DNA from: Eledone cirrhosa
Lineage: Eukaryota
Assembly: GCA_964016885.1 (NCBI GenBank)
Contig: OZ024744.1
Location: forward strand, 46,996,001 to 47,060,000
DNA length: 64,000 nt
Direction of reading: 5' to 3'
Under the pieces are notes generated by a model. It was not told the origin of the DNA. It saw nothing but the letters and a program-made list of their open reading frames with translations, and ran no database searches. Position 1 is the stretch's first letter; every line of letters begins with the position of its first letter. Position numbers and translations under genes: made by a program. Below, piece by piece: positions 61,101 to 64,000 of the stretch.

Positions 61101-64000
61101 ACATGTCCACTTTATAGTGTGGGCTGGGTGCTTTTTGCAGTGTCTTTCACACGTCCACTTTACAGTTTGGGCTGGGTGCTTTTTGCTGTGTCTTTCACAT
61201 GTCCACCTTACAGTGTGGGCTGGGTGCTTTTTGCTGTGTCTTTCACATGTCCAATTTACAGTGTGGGCTGGGTGCTTGTTGCTGTGTCTTTCTCACGTCC
61301 ACTTTACAGTGTGGGCTGGGTGCTTTTTGCTGTGTCTTTCACATGTCCACTTTACAGTGTGGGCTGGGTGCTTTTTGCAGTGTCTTTCACACGTCCACTT
61401 TACAGTGTGGGCTGGGTGCTTTTTGCTGTGTCTTTCACATGTCCACTTTACAGTGTGGGCTGGGTGCTTTTTACTGTGTCTTTCACATGTCCACTTTACA
61501 GTGTGGGCTGGGTGCTTTTTGCTGTATCTTTCACATGTCCACTTTACAGTGTGGGCTGGGTGCTTTTTGCTGTGTCTTTCACATGTCCAATTTACGGTGT
61601 AGGCTGGGTGCTTTTTGCAGTGTCTTTCACACGTCCACTTTACAGTGTGGGCTGGGTGCTTTTTGCTGTGTCTTTCACATGTCCACTTTACAGTGTAGGC
61701 TGGGTGCTTTTTGCTGTGTCTTTCACATGTCCACTTTACAGTGTGGGCTGGGTGCTTTTTGTTGTGTCTTTCACATGTCCACTTCGCAGTGTGGGCTGGG
61801 TGCTTTTTGCTGTGTCTTTCACATGTCCACTTTACAGTGTGGGCTGTGTGCTTTTGCTGTGTCTTTCACATGTCCACTTTACAGTGTGGGCTGGGTGCTT
61901 GTTGCTGTGTCTTTCTCACGTCCACTTTACAGTGTGGGCTGGGTGCTTTTTGCTGTGTCTTTCACATGTCTACTTTACAGTGTGGGCTGGGTGCTTTTTT
62001 CAGTGTCTTTCACACGTCCACTTTACAGTGTGGGCTGGGTGCTTTTTGCTGTGTCTTTCACACGTCCACTTTACAGTGTAGGCTGGGTGCTTTTTGCTGT
62101 GTCTTTCACATGTCCACTTTACAGTGTGGGCTGGGTGCTTTTTGCTGTGTCTTTAACATGTCCACTTTACAGTGTGGGCTGGGTGCTTTTTGCAGTGTCT
62201 TTCACACGTCCACTTTACAGTGTGCGCTGGGTGCTTTTTGCTGTGTCTTTCACACGTCAACTTTACAGTGTGGGCTGGGTGCTTTTTGCTGTGTCTTTCA
62301 CATGTCCACTTTACAGTGTGGGCTGGGTGCTTTTTGCTGAGTCTTTCACACATCCACTTTACAATGTGGGCTGGGTGCTTTTTGCTGTGTCTTTCACACG
62401 TCCACTTTACAGTGTGGGCTGGGTGCTTTTTGCTGTGTCTTTCACATGTCCACTTTACAGTGTGGGCTGGGTGGTTTTTGCTGTGTCTTTCACATGTCCA
62501 CTTTATAGTGTGGGCTGGGTGCTTTTTGCAGTGTCTTTCACACGTCCACTTTACAGTTTGGGCTGGGTGCTTTTTGCTGTGTCTTTCACATGTCCACCTT
62601 ACAGTGTGGGCTGGGTGCTTTTTGCTGTGTCTTTCACATGTCCAATTTACAGTGTGGGCTGGGTGCTTGTTGCTGTGTCTTTCTCACGTCCACTTTACAG
62701 TGTGGGCTGGGTGCTTTTTGCTGTGTCTTTCACATGTCCACTTTACAGTGTGGACTGGGTGCTTTTTGCAGTGTCTTTCACACGTCCACTTTACAGTGTG
62801 GGCTGGGTACTTTTTGCTGTGTCTTTCACATGTCCACTTTACAGTGTGGGCTGGGTGCTTTTTGCTGTGTCTTTCACATATCCACTTTAGAGTGTGGGCT
62901 GGGTGCTTTTTGCTGAGTCTTTCACACGTCCACTTTACAATGTGGGCTGGGTGCTTTTTGCTGTGTCTTTCACACGTCCACTTTACAGTGTGGGCTGGGT
63001 GCTTTTTGCTGTGTCTTTCACATGTCCACTTTACAATGTGGGCTGGGTGCTTTTTGCTGTGTCTTTCACATGTCCACTTTACAGTGTGGGCTGGGTGCTT
63101 TTTGCTGAGTCTTTCACACATCCACTTTACAATGTGGGCTGGGTGCTTTTTGCTGTGTCTTTCACACGTCCACTTTACAGTGTGGGCTGGGTGCTTTTTG
63201 CTGTGTCTTTCACATGTCCACTTTACAGTGTGGGCTGGGTGCTTTTTGCTGTGTCTTTCACATGTTCACTTTATAGTGTGGGAGGGGTGCTTTTTGCAGT
63301 GTCTTTCACACGTCCACTTTACAGTGTGGGCTGGGTGCTTTTTGCTATGTCTTTCACATGTCCACCTTACAGTGTGGGCTGGGTGCTTTTTGCTGTGTCT
63401 TTCACATGTCCAATTTACAGTGTGGGCTGGGTGCTTGTTGTTGTGTCTTTCTCACGTCCACTTTACAGTGTGGGCTGGGTGCTTTTTGCTGTGTCTTTCA
63501 CATGTCCACTTTACAGTGTGGACTGGGTGCTTTTTGCAGTGTCTTTCACACGTCCACTTTACAGTGTGGGCTGGGTGCTTTTTGCTGTGTCTTTCACATG
63601 TCCACTTTACAGTGTGGGCTGGGTGCTTTTTACTGTGTCTTTCACATGTCCACTTTACAGTGTGGGCTGGGTGCTTTTTGCTGTGTCTTTCACATGTCCA
63701 CTTTACAGTGTGGGCTGGGTGCTTTTTGCTGTGTCTTTCACATGTCCAATTTACAGTGTAGGCCGGGTGCTTTTTGCAGTGTCTTTCACACGTCCACTTT
63801 ACAGTGTGGGCTGGGTGCTTTTTGCTGTGTCTTTCACACGTCCACTTTACAGTGTAGGCTGGGTGCTTTTTGCTGTGTCTTTCACATGTCCACTTTACAG
63901 TGTGGGCTGGGTGCTTTTTGCTGTGTCTTTCACATGTCCACTTTACAGTGTGGGCTGGGTGCTTTTTGCTGTGTCTTTCACATGTCCACTTTACAGTGTG
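45850..64000. repeat. Homogeneous ~40-monomer (1,920-bp) higher-order repeat domain with whole-monomer length variants
   Basis: The marker ATATCCACTTTAGAGTG...GCTGAG has its TAG ending at 46139, 48059, 49932, 51660, 53580, 55691, 58811, 60731 and 62890. Spacings are 1920, 1873, 1728, 1920, 2111, 3120, 1920 and 2159, all multiples of 48 within 1 bp. Confidence 0.9.
50570..64000. repeat. Super-HOR duplication with 7,151-7,199 bp offset (149-150 monomers minus 1 bp)
   Basis: ORF pairs 50864/58015, 51392/58543 and 53584/60735 are offset by 7,151, and 54512/61711, 54973/62172 and 55391/62590 by 7,199. Private variants TTTACGGTGTAGG, CACTTCGCAG and CTTTAACATG at 54.4-55.0 kb recur at 61.6-62.2 kb. 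The left boundary is approximate. Confidence 0.85.

Larger units (their letters stand above)
1..64000. repeat. 48-bp monomer tandem satellite array (~1,330 head-to-tail copies), extending beyond both window edges
   Basis: Consensus CACTTTACAGTGTGGGCTGGGTGCTTTTTGCTGTGTCTTTCACATGTC recurs from the first base to the last, typically with 0-3 substitutions per copy and occasional small indels. The ORF track shows a 16-aa periodicity in every open frame. No inversion or insertion of foreign DNA was seen. Confidence 0.99.

Noticed and set aside
398-63121. Minus-strand Cys/His-rich ORFs (CERHSKKHPAHTVKWT) as zinc-finger genes
   Set aside because: They lack C2H2 spacing (CxxC-12-HxxxH, 28-aa/84-bp unit) and the TGEKP linker. 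They are only the antisense frame of the satellite and are frequently broken by TGA variants.
87-63761. Long + strand ORFs (up to 1,226 aa) of LCLSHVHFTVWAGCFL / VSFTCPLYSVGWVLFA / VFHMSTLQCGLGAFCC repeats
   Set aside because: These are an automatic result of an A-poor 48-bp (16-codon) unit. All three frames overlap, indels switch frames freely, stops are amplified with the HORs, and there are no unique N- or C-terminal domains.
1-64000. CRISPR array or other repeat-spacer system
   Set aside because: The units are directly head-to-tail with no unique spacers, leader or cas genes.
1-64000. G-quadruplex-forming or telomeric repeat
   Set aside because: There are only two GGG runs per 48 bp (GGGCTGGG), separated from the next pair by 40 nt, and no TTAGGG-type repeat.
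1-64000. Assignment to human CER/D22Z3 48-bp satellite, or presence of CENP-B boxes
   Set aside because: The monomer length is similar, but the sequence does not resemble the CER consensus as I recall it, and I saw no TTCG....A..CGGG motif. A database search is needed for any family name.
1-64000. Tandem tRNA/snRNA/5S genes or Pol III terminators (TTTTT in each unit)
   Set aside because: The unit is too short and has no A/B box or cloverleaf. The T-tract alone is not evidence.
1-64000. Embedded transposon insertion or array inversion
   Set aside because: On reading through the window I saw no non-satellite segment or reverse-orientation monomer, and every ORF-track peptide is satellite-derived.

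Overview
The whole 64-kb window is one uninterrupted, single-orientation tandem satellite array of a 48-bp monomer (about 1,330 copies), consensus CACTTTACAGTGTGGGCTGGGTGCTTTTTGCTGTGTCTTTCACATGTC. I see no unique sequence, gene, RNA gene, transposon or CRISPR spacer. The long ORFs in the track are artefacts: the unit is 16 codons long and stop-free in 4 of 6 frames. The real information lies in the monomer variants, which reveal layered higher-order repeats (HORs). The first ~31 kb is an older, indel-rich mosaic with 1.0-5.6 kb duplications. At 31.4-45.1 kb a 2,437-bp duplication is nested inside a 6,838-bp duplication. At 45-64 kb there is a young, almost indel-free ~40-monomer (1,920-bp) HOR with a ~7.15-7.2 kb super-duplication. 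CpG decay suggests a methylated eukaryotic, possibly vertebrate, (peri)centromeric or subtelomeric satellite; I do not recognise the family. I cannot support a novel protein-coding system here. The most speculative observation is a cryptic RSS-like heptamer/nonamer in every monomer.
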